A DNA stretch of 63,347 bases, filler included, from Phoronis australis (GCA_002633005.1; 9 parts of 9 records of this genome joined end to end with filler, not necessarily neighbours in it), one strand, 5' to 3'; positions 49,715 to 62,968 are shown, counted from the whole stretch's first letter. Notes: a model not told the origin generated them from the letters alone. Numbers and translations: made by a program.

Positions 49715-52700
49715 AGGGTAATCTCAGTGTCTGACTTACTGAATCATAGCTGAACTGACACCTCACGCCATGCTTTAATTGAAACTAACCCCATAGTCTC
49801 GTCTTGACTCTGGGCAGTCGGCTCAGCTATGCCTTCACTTGAGGAAGACTGCTCAGCTAGTAAATATTCGTCTGTCGACGCTTGTGTTACATTATCAATG
49901 ACCAGCTTCTCATATTATGGCTTACCTAACGAAAGTTATACTGTAGAATAGAAATGCGAAATAACACAACGTAAACTAGAGAATTTGTATTTTACAGACG
50001 AACTATCTTTACGTACCGCGAAAACTAATCTTCAAAGAGAAAGCAATTCTCACCGTTTAAATGTAACAAACCTGATCCCAACTTTTGCCGTGGATAAAAC
50101 ATTGTTAGCATCAGGGGTTTTGTCAACATTCGTCGCGCACACGACTCACAAGTTGGCCTATACACCTGTATGAATCAGCTGCTCAACACGCTTGGGTGCG
50201 AGTAGTTTTGTAGTCTTCGGAGTATTGGGCGATGGATGGCTCTGCCCCACATAAAAATGGTAGATGTTCGGAGGAGTAGGCAAAATTTGAAGCTCACTGC
50301 TGGACGATCGAGACCGCCTTTGGTAACGAAGGCAGTTTAACATTGACGGTGAAAATTTGCGCCGGGGTTGTGACGATCAGAAACAGGACTGTCAAGATTG
50401 ATGTCTTCAATTCAAAGGCATGGAAGTGATATGGTGCGCGCATATTCTAGTCATCAAATGGAATCTGGGAGAATTTTAGGGGTGGGGGCATGGCCNNNNN
50501 NNNNNNNNNNNNNNNNNNNNNNNNNNNNNNNNNNNNNNNNNNNNNNNNNNNNNNNNNNNNNNNNNNNNNNNNNCCCCCCTAAATCCGCCTCTGTTATATT
50601 GCAAAGCTGAATTTCACATACAATATTTTGTCTCTGTGCGTACATAGTTACTAAAAAATGAAACATTATCTATTCGTTTCGAATCTTATTTTAAAGACCC
50701 AGTTCCACGTGGTTTCAATGATTACTGGCCGTTACCTGTGCTTTCGCACGGGTAGCAGCTAATGGGAAACGCCGAGGGGAAGTAGCTACATCTAAAAGTG
50801 AACCAATCGAATGTTCATGGCACTGAGAGACAGGAATACTTCTTGAAGAGACCGTGTTCAAAGCTTCAAGCAGAATTTTTGTCACCTGTCAGATTTTAGT
50901 AGGCAATTAAGGTGTGCGGCTGTGGGATTCTTCCCCTAGACAGTACAAATTTCTTTCCAGACATTTGACCCTGCCGTAACACAAAGTACGGTAATCAGAT
51001 ATTCTTCAGTTTAAAGTTAAGGTTAATTTCTTCCTTACCAGTGACAATAAATCTCTTATTTCAGCCAAAAACGTAGTTGATTCTCATGTTGAGGCCTGCA
51101 TTCATCAACTAAAAAACACGCTCACCCCCATCAGTTTAATCAAAGGTTCGTCACAGTGACGTCACCTTAGCAAGGGTAATCACGGTTACGATGATATGCC
51201 AAGCGATCACTAAAAAAATCCCGCATCATTTTGCTATAGTCTCGGCTTGATTTTTTTGAATAATTAGCAAATAAAAAGTACTTCACCACCTACCGACCGC
51301 ACGGGCCACTGTTTTTGACTCAGTGAGTTAGATAGAGATTGTTTGGCCTATGTGCATGTACATTTATCTCATGACTTTTTCTGTGTGTTTTATGGTTGCA
51401 CTGTACCGACGCAGTCGAGGCCACCTATTCTATACTAACCATGCTACGTATACTTTCTGGTTAAACGAAAATACTAAATACACAAAACGTACCTCGATTA
51501 GCGTAGATGAAGTAATATTCCGAGACATTATTCTGCAGAATTCACCCATACGCTCCGAATTCCTAAGTTTCTTTCATTTTTGCGTAATTTTTTTAAACAC
51601 TTTACTCAGACTGTTCACGGACTGTTGGCGGATCACATCCTACATGTATATACTTACGCGTTAGGTTACAAATTTTCTCTAGTAAGAGAAACTATTTTAA
51701 ACTAACGATTTCTTCCTTGAAAAGAGATAACAAAGTTGAAAAAAAACGGCAATTGTGGACTGAACTTACCACATTTCTAGAAAATAGTTAAATAACAACA
51801 ACATTTGATATTTTAGTTACCGAAGAATCTGTGCCTGAGTTGCAGACGATATAGTTCTTAGCAATTGAAAACTGAAACAGAAGTGTCCTATAATTACCAG
51901 TTTTGTACGAGAAGTTACAGTACGTGTGGGAGCTGGTTGCATGTCCAATGTTATTTCCACTGATGGAATTGTATTACTTTAAACTATATTCGTAAAGTTT
52001 GAAGATCGAACCGGCTAATGACGTCGAGTCGACATTCACTTACCTTTTGAAATTTCCATGTCAGAGGGCACTTTTGAAGTAGTGCCAGGTGTGAATACGG
52101 AAAACAAAATCACATGGCCGTATTGCACTCGACTGATTCAAGAAAGTGTAATATGAACGCTCCCTTACAGGGCCCAAGAAAAATGTTTGGTTAGTTTCGG
52201 AACATCATATTTTAGAAATAGATGATAAGCTTATTTGATTTGGACAGCTTTTCGCAGCAAACGTGGTTCGATCTCGTTCCTTGAGAAGCGATTTTTGGGT
52301 TTGTAAAGAACTGGGAGTTCGCTATTCGTTGAGACTCAGCGACCAGCCAACGTGTAAAACTTGGTCTCAGGCAATAGATGATTGTCAATTTTTTAAGGCC
52401 CTAGACTCATATCCATTTCAACTAAAGATTAATTTCAGATCAGTTTCAGAGGCGTAGGTGATCTACATCAAAAGTTGTTTTTGCTCTGTAAGGCGGATTA
52501 ATATTCCAGTTAAATAAATATCCAAATTGGTCATAGCTCACGCGGTCACTGAATGTATTTTCATGCTAAACCGTTGTACAATAGCTTTGTTCTCCACACG
52601 CATTCGAAAACATCAAGGTGCAACACGTCACATTTTGTAAAATAATATCTGACACAAAAAGCGTGAAGCTAACAATTTGTTGCCAGTTGAAAAGGACAGG

Positions 52701-53511
52701 TTGTGCACACTCTACACAAACAACAAGTGGAACAATGTTCAACAGTTTTGCATTTTTATGGGCATCGAGAACATTTTATTGCACAGATTGCGATTATTTT
52801 ATTAAATATGTCGTTATTCTCTATTTTACGTACACTCTAATTCTTTAATAGAGGTGATGAAAAATGCCCGGATCTCTCTTGGGACATTATTCACTTCTGC
52901 GTCAAAACACCCAGGTGGAGCCTTTACCTTCATTAGACGTTCAAGGAAACCATCTATTCAATTCAATTTCTCGATTAAAAATCTCAAAGGAGAAAACAGA
53001 AATCTTGAAAGGAACTGTCCAACTTGAAGCAACTTCTCTTGAAAAGCTTGACGACAGATATTGGAGGACTATTCATATTTTTCACAATGGCGGTTCATGG
53101 AGTGTGTGCATGTGTGCTGCACCACAAGTGGTATTAGGCCATCCACCTTCTTTTATTACTCTACTGTTTTACACCTTTACTTGCTAATCCGGGAGAATAA
53201 GAAACAAATCAAGCCCTATTCCTGAGGTATGTTGATACAGTCAACTAGAAAATGCATTTGTACATGTGTGTATAAAAACAGTTTACATCAGTGAGAGCAG
53301 TGATTGCTGTAGTTGAAGATTTCCATCTGTCTCCAAATAGTTTGTTTTGCATACCTTCAAAATAAATATAATTCTCTGCGAGATTATTTAAAATATTACA
53401 CCTGTTAAGCAAACCAAACAAAATAGCATCGGCATTCAGTATTATACGATGACCTGTAAAAGAAAAATATCTGCCAAGGGATTACCATAAATTTGGGTCA
53501 CTGTGCAACAC

Positions 53512-53667
53512 CAGGCGTGCGTTCAGTAGACGCTAGGACCTACGCTAGGACCTAGCTAAAACCTAGTCAAAGTCACGTGTTCTCATTTAAAATACACGGC
53601 AATATCTCACGTAATCTCTCGAAGTCTTGCTTTTTAGCGAGGTCCTAGCGTTACTGAACAGGAGGCT
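53512..53667. mobile_element. MITE family B, copy 3
   Basis: caggcgtgcgttcagtagacgctaggacct...aggtcctagcgttactgaacaggaggc; reverse complement of copy 2. Confidence 0.8.
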
Positions 53668-54726
53668 GTACAAATGAAATGTGTCCTTGGCTTACTGCTT
53701 TTAAAAAGAAGAGAGACCGGAACCCAACAGTTCCATCTTCACAGACCTAAGCATTTGTGGTGAGAATGCGGTGAACCAACGTGGACAGAGACCATTTAAA
53801 TTTTGCGTCAATCGAGAAATTAGTAGAAAAAANNNNNNNNNNNNNNNNNNNNNNNNNNNNNNNNNNNNNNNNNNNNNNNNNNNNNNNNNNNNNNNNNNNN
53901 NNNNNNNNNNNNNNNNNNNNNNNNNNNNNNNNNNNNNNNNNNNNNNNNNNNNNNNNNNNNNNNNNNNNNNNNNNNNNNNNNNNNNNNNNNNNNNNNNNNN
54001 NNNNNNNNNNNNNNNNNNNNNNNNNNNNNNNNNNNNNNNNNNNNNNNNNNNNNNNNNNNNNNNNNNNNNNNNNNNNNNNNNNNNNNNNNNNNNNNNNNNN
54101 NNNNNNNNNNNNNNNNNNNNNNNNNNNNNNNNNNNNNNNNNNNNNNNNNNNNNNNNNNNNNNNNNNNNNNNNNNNNNNNNNNNNNNNNNNNNNNNNNNNN
54201 NNNNNNNNNNNNNNNNNNNNNNNNNNNNNNNNNNNNNNNNNNNNNNNNNNNNNNNNNNNNNNNNNNNNNNNNNNNNNNNNNNNNNNNNNNNNNNNNNNNN
54301 NNNNNNNNNNNNNNNNNNNNNNNNNNNNNNNNNNNNNNNNNNNNNNNNNNNNNNNNNNNNNNNNNNNNNNNNNNNNNNNNNNNNNNNNNNNNNNNNNNNN
54401 NNNNNNNNNNNNNNNNNNNNNNNNNNNNNNNNNNNNNNNNNNNNNNNNNNNNNNNNNNNNNNNNNNNNNNNNNNNNNNNNNNNNNNNNNNNNNNNNNNNN
54501 NNNNNNNNNNNNNNNNNNNNNNNNNNNNNNNNNNNNNNNNNNNNNNNNNNNNNNNNNNNNNNNNNNNNNNNNNNNNNNNNNNNNNNNNNNNNNNNNNNNN
54601 NNNNNNNNNNNNNNNNNNNNNNNNNNNNNNNNNNNNNNNNNNNNNNNNNNNNNNNNNNNNNNNNNNNNNNNNNNNNNNNNNNNNNNNNNNNNNNNNNNNN
54701 NNNNNNNNNNNNNNNNNNNNNNNNNN

Positions 54727-55563
54727 TAATTAGTGCAGTCTTGTTCCTTATTATGGGCAGTTAGTATTGTATAATTAGTGCAGTCTTGTTCCTTATTATG
54801 GGCAGTTAGTATTGTATAATTAGTGCAGTCTTGTTCCTTATTATGGGCAGTTAGTATTGTATAATTAGTGCAGTCTTGTTCCTTATTATGGGCAGTTAGT
54901 ATTGTATAATTAGTGCAGTCTTGTTACTTATTATGGGCAGTTAGTATTGTATAATTAGTGCAGTCTTGTTCCTTATTATGGGCAGTTAGTATTGTATAAT
55001 TAGTGCAGTCTTGTTCCTTATTATGGGCAGTTAGTATTGTATAATTAGTGCAGTCTTGTTCCTTATTATGGGCAGTTAGTATTGTATAATTAGTGCAGTC
55101 TTGTTCCTTATTATGGGCAGTTAGTATTGTATAATTAGTGCAGTCTTGTTCCTTATTATGGGCAGTTAGTATTGTATAATTAGTGCAGTCTTGTTCCTTA
55201 TTATGGGCAGTTAGTATTGTATAATTAGTGCAGTCTTGTTCCTTATTATGGGCAGTTAGTATTGTATAATTAGTGCAGTCTTGTTCCTTATTATGGGCAG
55301 TTAGTATTGTATAATTAGTGCAGTCTTGTTCCTTATTATGGGCAGTTAGTATTGTATAATTAGTGCAGTCTTGTTCCTTATTATGGGCAGTTAGTATTGT
55401 ATAATTAGTGCAGTCTTGTTCCTTATTATGGGCAGTTAGTATTGTATAATTAGTGCAGTCTTGTTCCTTATTATGGGCAGTTAGTATTGTATAATTAGTG
55501 CAGTCTTGTTCCTTATTATGGGCAGTTAGTACTGTATAATTTGTGCAGTCTTGTTCCTTACTA
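54727..55563. repeat. Highly homogeneous 45-bp minisatellite, about 18.5 copies, running into an 894-N gap
   Basis: Unit taattagtgcagtcttgttccttattatgggcagttagtattgta, with only a few variant positions (for example ttgttactta near 54926 and the terminal copies). Confidence 0.98.
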
Positions 55564-55739
55564 TGATTAGATATGATTTCAGTCGCCAAAGCAGTATACC
55601 TGCGAAACAAATCCCAAGCAACTTTAAAAAAGGACAATGTTTTGAAGGTTTCAAAAAAGTCTTTTTCAAAGTAAATTTAAAAGTGTTAATGTCTACGTTC
55701 CTTGCATGCATTTAGCAATCACTCACTTACGGTAAAATT

Positions 55740-56347
55740 TGAAGGGTTGTAGACATATTTGTTCAGTCTTTAATGACGTTAAGAAACCTTCCAAGTCAGA
55801 GTGTAAATGGGAAATAGAGTAAGGAGAGAGTTTAGATTTGAAGAAAATATATGCATTGCCTTATGAAATTACAAAGGATCCCAACATTAGGTGGTTCCAA
55901 TTTAGAATACTACACAGGATTATTGCAACAAATACCTTTTTAGTCAAATTCCGAGTTCGGGATTTTAATTTATGCTCCTTTTGTAATGAAGCTCCAGAGA
56001 TGCTGTCACACCTTTTTTGGCAATGTCGCATTGTACAAGATTTCTGGAAGGAATTCGGACAGCTAATGCAAAAGTGTCGCATTCAGCTTCCCAACAGTCT
56101 CTCTTACGATCGAGTTATTCTTGGATTTTACGAGACGCAAGATTCTCTTATTAACATTTTCGTTCTAATAGCCAAACAGTACATTTACAAGGAGAGATGT
56201 TACAAAAATATACCTAATTTTCACAGGTTTATAACATATACTTATGAGTACTATAATGCTGAAAAATTAATTGCATACAAAAACTTTGTATATGACAGCT
56301 TCTCTGCGAAATGGGAAAATTTCGTTGTTCACGTTAACTACATGTAG
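55740..56347 (+). mobile_element. L1/Tx1-clade non-LTR retrotransposon, 5'-truncated ORF2 C-terminus (zf-RVT)
   Basis: IRWFQFRILHRIIATNTFL...CSFCNEAPEMLSHLFWQCRIVQDFW...IAKQYIYKER...FSAKW, the CCHC zinc knuckle downstream of RT. The upstream frame KPSKSECKW is interrupted by a stop. Confidence 0.9.
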
Positions 56348-58042
56348 AAGTTATTTACTTTAAACGAGATACGAGAATGGTCTCTCCTGAGGTGCGCATG
56401 CGTGAATGAATGGATGTACTTGTTTATTTGTTTGTTTGTTTGTTTTTGTACTGTTTTATAAATGATAACATATTCTTTAAATAAACGTTTGGAAGAGCAA
56501 GCATGCTCGAGGAGAAAGTTGATGTTGTTTGCAGCAGAACATGGTGTATCACGATTTTTATCAATCCCTTTAACAGACATACATTACATTGATGGAATGT
56601 GAGCGGAGCTTCATTCTTTGCCCTAATCAAAGGTGTAGTAGAAAAATTCTTGTGGAGCCTGTACGAGTTTTGTTAGACTTTTAAAGCTTAAAAAAACAGG
56701 ACTGCGTATGAAGAATATACAAGATCTGTATAGCAGCAACATTGTTTTGAGTCAACGTCTGTCAAGTGTTTGTAGATTTAGAGAATTTCGCAATGTCCGT
56801 CATAGCGACACGGCAACCTTTTTTTAGCTTCGCTATTTTATGTCTAAAACCCGTTTGACGCAGTTTGGTGAAGTTGCAAACATCAGAACAATGACCCAGG
56901 ATCAGCATTTCGCAATGCAGGCACCGATTACAAATGCACTCGATCAGGTGATCAACGATGAATGTGAACGACGGTGTTTTGACATTTTAGTTAATGTTTA
57001 GTCTCATAATAATCAGTTTGCTTTTTGTTGGAATATTATTCTTCATTAGTTCACGAAACCTTATGTTCACAAAACAACAAATCTCTTAACGCAAACTGTA
57101 TTTTTGGAACATGTTTGATTTGTATTAATTAAAGTTCAATAAGCAAACAAGAACAGTCAACAGACCGTGTTTGTGTTCTACTTAAATACTTTTTCTTTTA
57201 GCCTAAGGACAAATATTTCTCAACTCAAACACGCCTATCCACAGCCATTATACTCCTCGTGAGATGCTACGTGTTTCTCACGCTGCTATGTTTGAACAGT
57301 TGACAAAAATTCACAATGGCCGACGCGTTTCATTCATCTGGTCTCGGTGTCCATATCTGTATACTGCTATCTTCGTCTTATTCATATTTGGGTAACCCTG
57401 GTTACGAAAAATGACGGTCCCACTGTGACGACTTTGTCATGAATCATATTATCAGGCTTGCTGAAAGTCTATTTAATAAAAATTTTACAAGGAAACTTTC
57501 GAATTAAGTGAAAAAAGAAAACTTACAGATATATTAAATAAATTTGAGGAAAAATTAGACCGCAAAATCTGATCAAATGGCTTCGTCATTGAGTTGTTCA
57601 CCAGGTGCTAATGCTAACACCGAGTGGATGGGAAACAATTGCCTTACTCACAAGCTTCCTTTGCCCATTTCGAGTCCACTCCGGCACAAAGTACTCTGGC
57701 AATAATTAACTCCTAAAAGCTGTATAGTTTAGTAGCTATACCAAGCAGATTTAGTCATTTAGGAAAGTGAGTTTTGTATGATTATGCTGGCTGAGACCAT
57801 TCGTACTTTTTCAGACTCAACTAGGGATTCAACTGGATAACTAGCAAAGCTCTAGAAACATCACAAGTCGTTCAAAAACAAATGTAGGGTTTCGCTTTGA
57901 TTAGCACTATACATCGTCGGGTAAGTCGTTTTCAAGGCNNNNNNNNNNNNNNNNNNNNNNNNNNNNNNNNNNNNNNNNNNNNTTAATTAATTAANNNNNN
58001 NNNNNNNNNNNNNNNNNNNNNNNNNNNNNNNNNNNNNNATTG

Positions 58043-58150
58043 ATGAGTCATTAATTGTGAGACTCGTGCATACAATGACTTTCATCATTCAAATTTATGA
58101 GTCATTAATTGTGAGACTCGTGCATACAATGACTTTCATCATTCAAATTT
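58043..58150. repeat. 54-bp tandem repeat (2 copies visible, cut by scaffold edge) abutting the ABCC splice donor
   Basis: atgagtcattaattgtgagactcgtgcatacaatgactttcatcattcaaattt x2. Confidence 0.9.
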
Positions 58151-58153
58151 TAC

Positions 58154-58402
58154 CTTTTCCTTTGGATTAATATGGCAGTTCATATCCTTCAAGACTAGGT
58201 TCAGACCTTCTCTGTAACGTACTGAGAAGTTCTCAATGTCAATAGCTCCAGCAGTCGGCCAATCAACAAGCGGTTTGGTGGATTCCACTGACCAATCCGC
58301 TTCAGTGTTGACCTCAGAGTACTCCTTAACTCTTTCCACTGAGACCAGCCTCAGGTTGAAATGCCACATGTTAAACATCAACCAGTGGAAACACCTTCCA
58401 GT
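58154..58402 (-). CDS. ABCC/MRP-family ABC transporter exon (last TM helix to start of NBD2)
   Basis: ttgtag|ACT GGA...GAA AAG|gtaaaa, 249 nt, phase 0-0; ...LVSVERVKEYSEVNTEADW...DWPTAGAIDIENFSVRYREGLNLVLKDMNCHINPKEK. Confidence 0.92.
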
Positions 58403-59228
58403 CTACAACAACATTATTCCAGAATCAACAGCAACAATTCCAGCAAGAAAATGTTATAATTCCCACCAAAGTATTATAAAATGCATAATTCAGCATGATT
58501 TGACTCATCCAGCAAAATATTGCCTACTAACCTTAACTAAGAACTCATTTGTAAAATTCTCCTGTTACACCTTTAGCACCTGTTTCTATTGGAATTGTTT
58601 CACTTTTACCCCAGAGTCCCTTTACAGCTGTGATGTGTCACCACCCCAAAACACATAGGCTTCAATCTTACGGCTGCCTAGGGTTGATCTATAGCTCGAG
58701 TGGTTTGACTACGGTAATTGTGATTGTGGTTAAAAGCAGCGGAAAAAACGAGCCTAATTAACAAAAGTTCGCAACCTAAAATTTTTAACAAAATAGCTTT
58801 TACCGTGTTGTGCAGTGACAAGAGCTTACAATTGGGTCTTCGTTTTCGTTAAAATCGGTAAACTAAAATTACAAAAACTTGAAACGGCATCCAAAGACGG
58901 GTGATTACGTTTCCAGTTCAGGTATATACACAATAAAATAGACAGTGAGTATGCCGTCACATAGCGCTACAAGTTTCCTAGGAACATTCAGTAAAACATT
59001 AGGCAATTTTTTGCTTTTAGAAGGTGTTTTCAAGCAGTGTCTATAGTTATCAGTTTCTCAGGTAGGTGTCTCTGTTTGTTTCCTAGGATTCAGTCTTGGA
59101 AATGTATTTTGGTCCTTATTGACTTTGCGCAGTTGTAATATATTTTTTTCTTTGTTTTATTTTATTATAGAACGAACGTCATCATCTTCAATGAAGGGTG
59201 TTTCAATTGATGAATACTCTTCATTGAA

Positions 59229-60255
59229 GTCTGTAGTGTGATACAGTTGTATTCCCACACTGGAAAGTATATCATAGTCTGTAGTATGATACAATATTAG
59301 TCCAGACTGGACAGTATATTACAGTCTGTAGTGTGATACAATATTAGTCCCACACTGTACAGTATATCATTGTTGTCTGTAGCGTGATGCAATATTAGAC
59401 CCACACTGAACAGTATATCGTAGTCTGTAGTATGATACAATATTAGTCCAGACCAGACAGTATATTACAGTCTGTAGTGTGATACAATATTAGTCTCACA
59501 CTGTACAGTATATCCTTGTTGTCTGTAGTGTGATACAATATTAGTCCCACACTGAACAGTATATCGTAGTCTGTAGTGTGATACAATATTAGTCCAGACT
59601 GGGCAGTATATCATTGTAGTCTGTAGTGTGCTACTTTTAGTCCAACACTGGACAGTATATCCTTGTTATCTGTAGTTTGATACAGTATTAGTCCCATTGG
59701 ACAGTATATCATTGCAGTCTGTAGTGTGCTAAAATATTAGTCCAACACTGGACAGTATATCATAATATCATTGTAGTCTGTAGTGTGATACAATTGTAGT
59801 CCAGACTGGACAGTATATTGTAGTCTGTAGTGTGATACAATAGTAGTCCAGACTGGACAGTATATTGTAGTCTGTAGTGTGATACAATATTAGTCCCACA
59901 CTGTACAGTATATGATTGTTGTCTGTAGTGTGATACAATATTAGACCCACACTGAACAATACATCGTAGTCTGTAGTGTGATACAATAGTAGTCCAGACT
60001 GGACAGTATATCATTGTAGTCTGTAGTGTGCTACAATATTAGTCCAACACTGAACAGTATATCGTAGTCTGTAGTGTGATACAATATTAGTCCAGACTGG
60101 ACAGTATATCATTGTAGTCTGTAGTGTGATACAATAGTAGTCCAGACTGGACAGTATATCACTGTAGTCTGTAGTGTGCTACAATATTAGTCCAACACTG
60201 GACAGTATATCCTTGTTGTCTGTAGTGTGATACAGTATTAGTCCCACACCGGACA
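59229..60255. repeat. Variant minisatellite (unit about 48-52 bp, about 20 copies) in an ABCC intron
   Basis: Unit core gtctgtagtgtgatacaatattagtcc(agac/caca/aaca)ctggacagtatat..., with several interspersed unit variants. Confidence 0.95.
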
Positions 60256-60649
60256 GTGAATCATCAGTCCTCATGGTGAACCTCAAACCAATAAAAACTG
60301 GAGAAGCACAAAACAAATATTCTATGATGACATTACAGCTCGGATGCAATCTCAAAACCCAAAATCATTTTTTAACATTCAGTTCGGCGTTGTAAACTCA
60401 ATATGAGAGTCTAATATTCTGTACTTGATTACCTCTAAATCTGAATTGAAACTTCAGGAAAAATGTGAGATTTCAAGTTAACTAGTCAAGATTTAAAAAT
60501 TTTGATGCTGGGGTCATCAAGAGCAGTCATCCACAACTGAGTACAGAATAATAGACTGATGTCTTGAGTTAACAAAGCAGAACGGATGTTAAAACCAATT
60601 TTAAATTTGATTTCAAGTACAAGTTACACAATGGGCCCAAGTAAATTAC

Positions 60650-60773
60650 CTTCCAACCTGACATGATCGCCAAAGCACCAAGAGCTACAGATGACCTCCC
60701 ATTGTGAAGCGACAGCAGTGCAGCAACACATGTGACGACACCACAAAGATTTTCCACACGAGTAGAAATCCAC
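60650..60773 (-). CDS. ABCC/MRP transporter exon (TMD2)
   Basis: tttgtag|G TGG ATT...TGG AAG|gtaatt, 124 nt; (R)WISTRVENLCGVVTCVAALLSLHNGRSSVALGALAIMSGWK aligns with MRP1 RWLAVRLE...AGLVGLSVSYSLQ. Confidence 0.85.
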
Positions 60774-61690
60774 CTACAAAGTTAAGGTTATAGAAAAATG
60801 AAAGTTTTGAGACATCAAGGGGACGTATCAAAATATAGAAAAACTAACTAAAAACTTGAATATTGGAATTTGCTTACTTGAGTTAGCAAACGTTGCGTAT
60901 GTCTCTCAAGGACTTCAGCTTGGCTAGTGATGTTACTATCATTCTGGCCAATAGGTGGCATTTAGCTATTATATTTGGTTTGTTAATTTGGCTTGTCATT
61001 ATCTCTGCTGGCTCTATGCTACCCAGTTTTACACATACATCAAAAAGTGACACTTCCTCACAGCACAACAGTTTCACTTTGACGATTTTTTTAAGCCAAA
61101 GATAACAGGAACTGAATGCTGATAGTGAACAGTATGTACCACAAAAGGTGAAGCGATATGGGGTGTTCATTTCCAAAGCATTCGGATCCATTTGAATATG
61201 AAAAACACTTATGGTCTCTTCATTAAAGTCATATTTCATGACGATCCACAACCGAAGAGTTTGTTAGACAGACACAACAATTTGACACTAGGAGGCATCA
61301 CAGTAGTCACATCAATCCAAAAATGAAATGCCAAATTTCATGACGAACCATCAACGAACTTAACAATGACCGTTTTTTGTGCAAACTTAGAGAATCATTC
61401 TAGACGGATTAAATTAACATAATCGGTGAGAACAGCGGTTTTATGAGATTAGCCTTGACACAAAATTGTATCTGCAACCCTCAAGGTCAGCCTTGACTTT
61501 AGCAAATAACTGGCAGACAATGGCCAGAATTGATGTTTCATAATAAAATAAAAATACCATTGATTTTGTTGTTTTATAGCTCAGGTCAAAACAAATAATG
61601 TAAGGAAGTCTACCCCAATACAACTGAACATGCCAAAAATGTATGTTTTGGCCATGAAACCAACAATGTCCCTTAAAAAAATCATCCTAC

Positions 61691-61890
61691 CTCCACCCGC
61701 ACTCAAAGGCAAAGTTGACGGTTTGGTTTCTGTCTAGTATCACGTCAGAGTCTGTGATGAACTGATCTTGTCTAGAGAATGCCCTTATAGTGCTAGTTCC
61801 ATTCAGTGTCTCACTGAAGTGACTGTATATTGGAGAGTTGGTGTTTGAATCTAGCTTCCTCAGCTGTTGCTGGGTGGGGACAAAACTTTC
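61691..61890 (-). CDS. ABCC/MRP transporter exon (TMD2 cytoplasmic loop)
   Basis: gttcag|GAA AGT...TGG AG|gtagga, 200 nt; QQLRKLDSNTNSPIYSHFSETLNGTSTIRAFSRQDQFITDSD, the hallmark SPxYSHFxETLxGxxTIRAF motif. Absent from the ORF track. Confidence 0.93.
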
Positions 61891-62968
61891 CTGAACAGAA
61901 ACATAGTCATTTGGTTAAAACATCAAGAAGTGAAAATGGAAATACAATGACATGTAAGTTAAACTTTTACCATGAGGCCAAAAAGACTTAAGCTGGTTCT
62001 CGTCTTTACCACAACTGTGCTTATTGACAAAACAAAAATCGCCACCATACCACTTTCAGCCCACGTCTTGGGTATTTTTGTGAAAAACTGCGCAGTCATG
62101 TCAACATGATGTTAACAAGGTTGGAAACACCATGACTTGCCAAGCAATGAGTAAACAAAATCTCATAACATTTTTGCTTCTCTCAGGTGGATTTTTGTTT
62201 TGACAAAGTAAGCAAATAAAAATGCCACACCACAGACTTCATTTTCAAAAAAAACAGGCCAGAACAAACTATGCTGTTTTGGCTCAAAATTGTCTATGTA
62301 AGGGCTAGATATTAAATTTTCACAGAAAATTTCAAAATGCAATATTCCAATATGCGACCATCTTGGGATACATGGTCGGTTCCTGATGCTTGTGTTTTCT
62401 GGCGGCTAATCATTGATGACCACAACAGTAAAATGAATTGAACTATTTATTGATTGTCAAAACCATTCTATGGAAATCAAGAAGTAATAAAGTAAGAAAA
62501 CAATTATAGCATGTATCTTCCACTGACCACTAGGTGTCGTGGTTTATATATTTTGTCTCAACCACAGCCAATTACCTTTCATTAACATAACTACAACATT
62601 ATTGTGTATATTAGTTAAGCCTTCACTGCATAGGGGGAAATGGTGCATTTTCATAGAGCATTTAACAAAAACAAGGGTATGGCCTAACACGTCAGATTTT
62701 ATGGTAAGTGAGAATTTCAGCAGCGTTATAATAATTTTGGTATGAAAAATAAAAATAATAGCTATTATCTGTCAATGAAGGAAATATGTAATTATACACG
62801 AAGGATTGGTAAAATGTTCATAACATTCTGCAAGATTCAGGCATAACAGTCATTCATAATTCATTGGTAAAATTCAACTGAGCCAAATTAATCTTTCTTA
62901 ACTTTCCTACAAAAATGATTGCCATTGTATTCTTTGGGGGTATTGGGATAACTCCAATAAGCACTCTG

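Noticed and set aside
52852-53226. Exon-like segment with good splice signals
   Set aside because: All three frames contain stops and no protein family is recognisable.
53771-54764. 320-327 aa ORFs
   Set aside because: Artefacts of translating through the N gap.
54727-55563. Regular repeats as a CRISPR array (also 59229-60255 and 12737-12962)
   Set aside because: Head-to-tail units without unique spacers, no cas genes, eukaryotic context.
60878-61251. 122-aa minus-strand ORF within the ABCC gene
   Set aside because: Not ABCC-like. The flanking exons already join in phase, so it is intronic.
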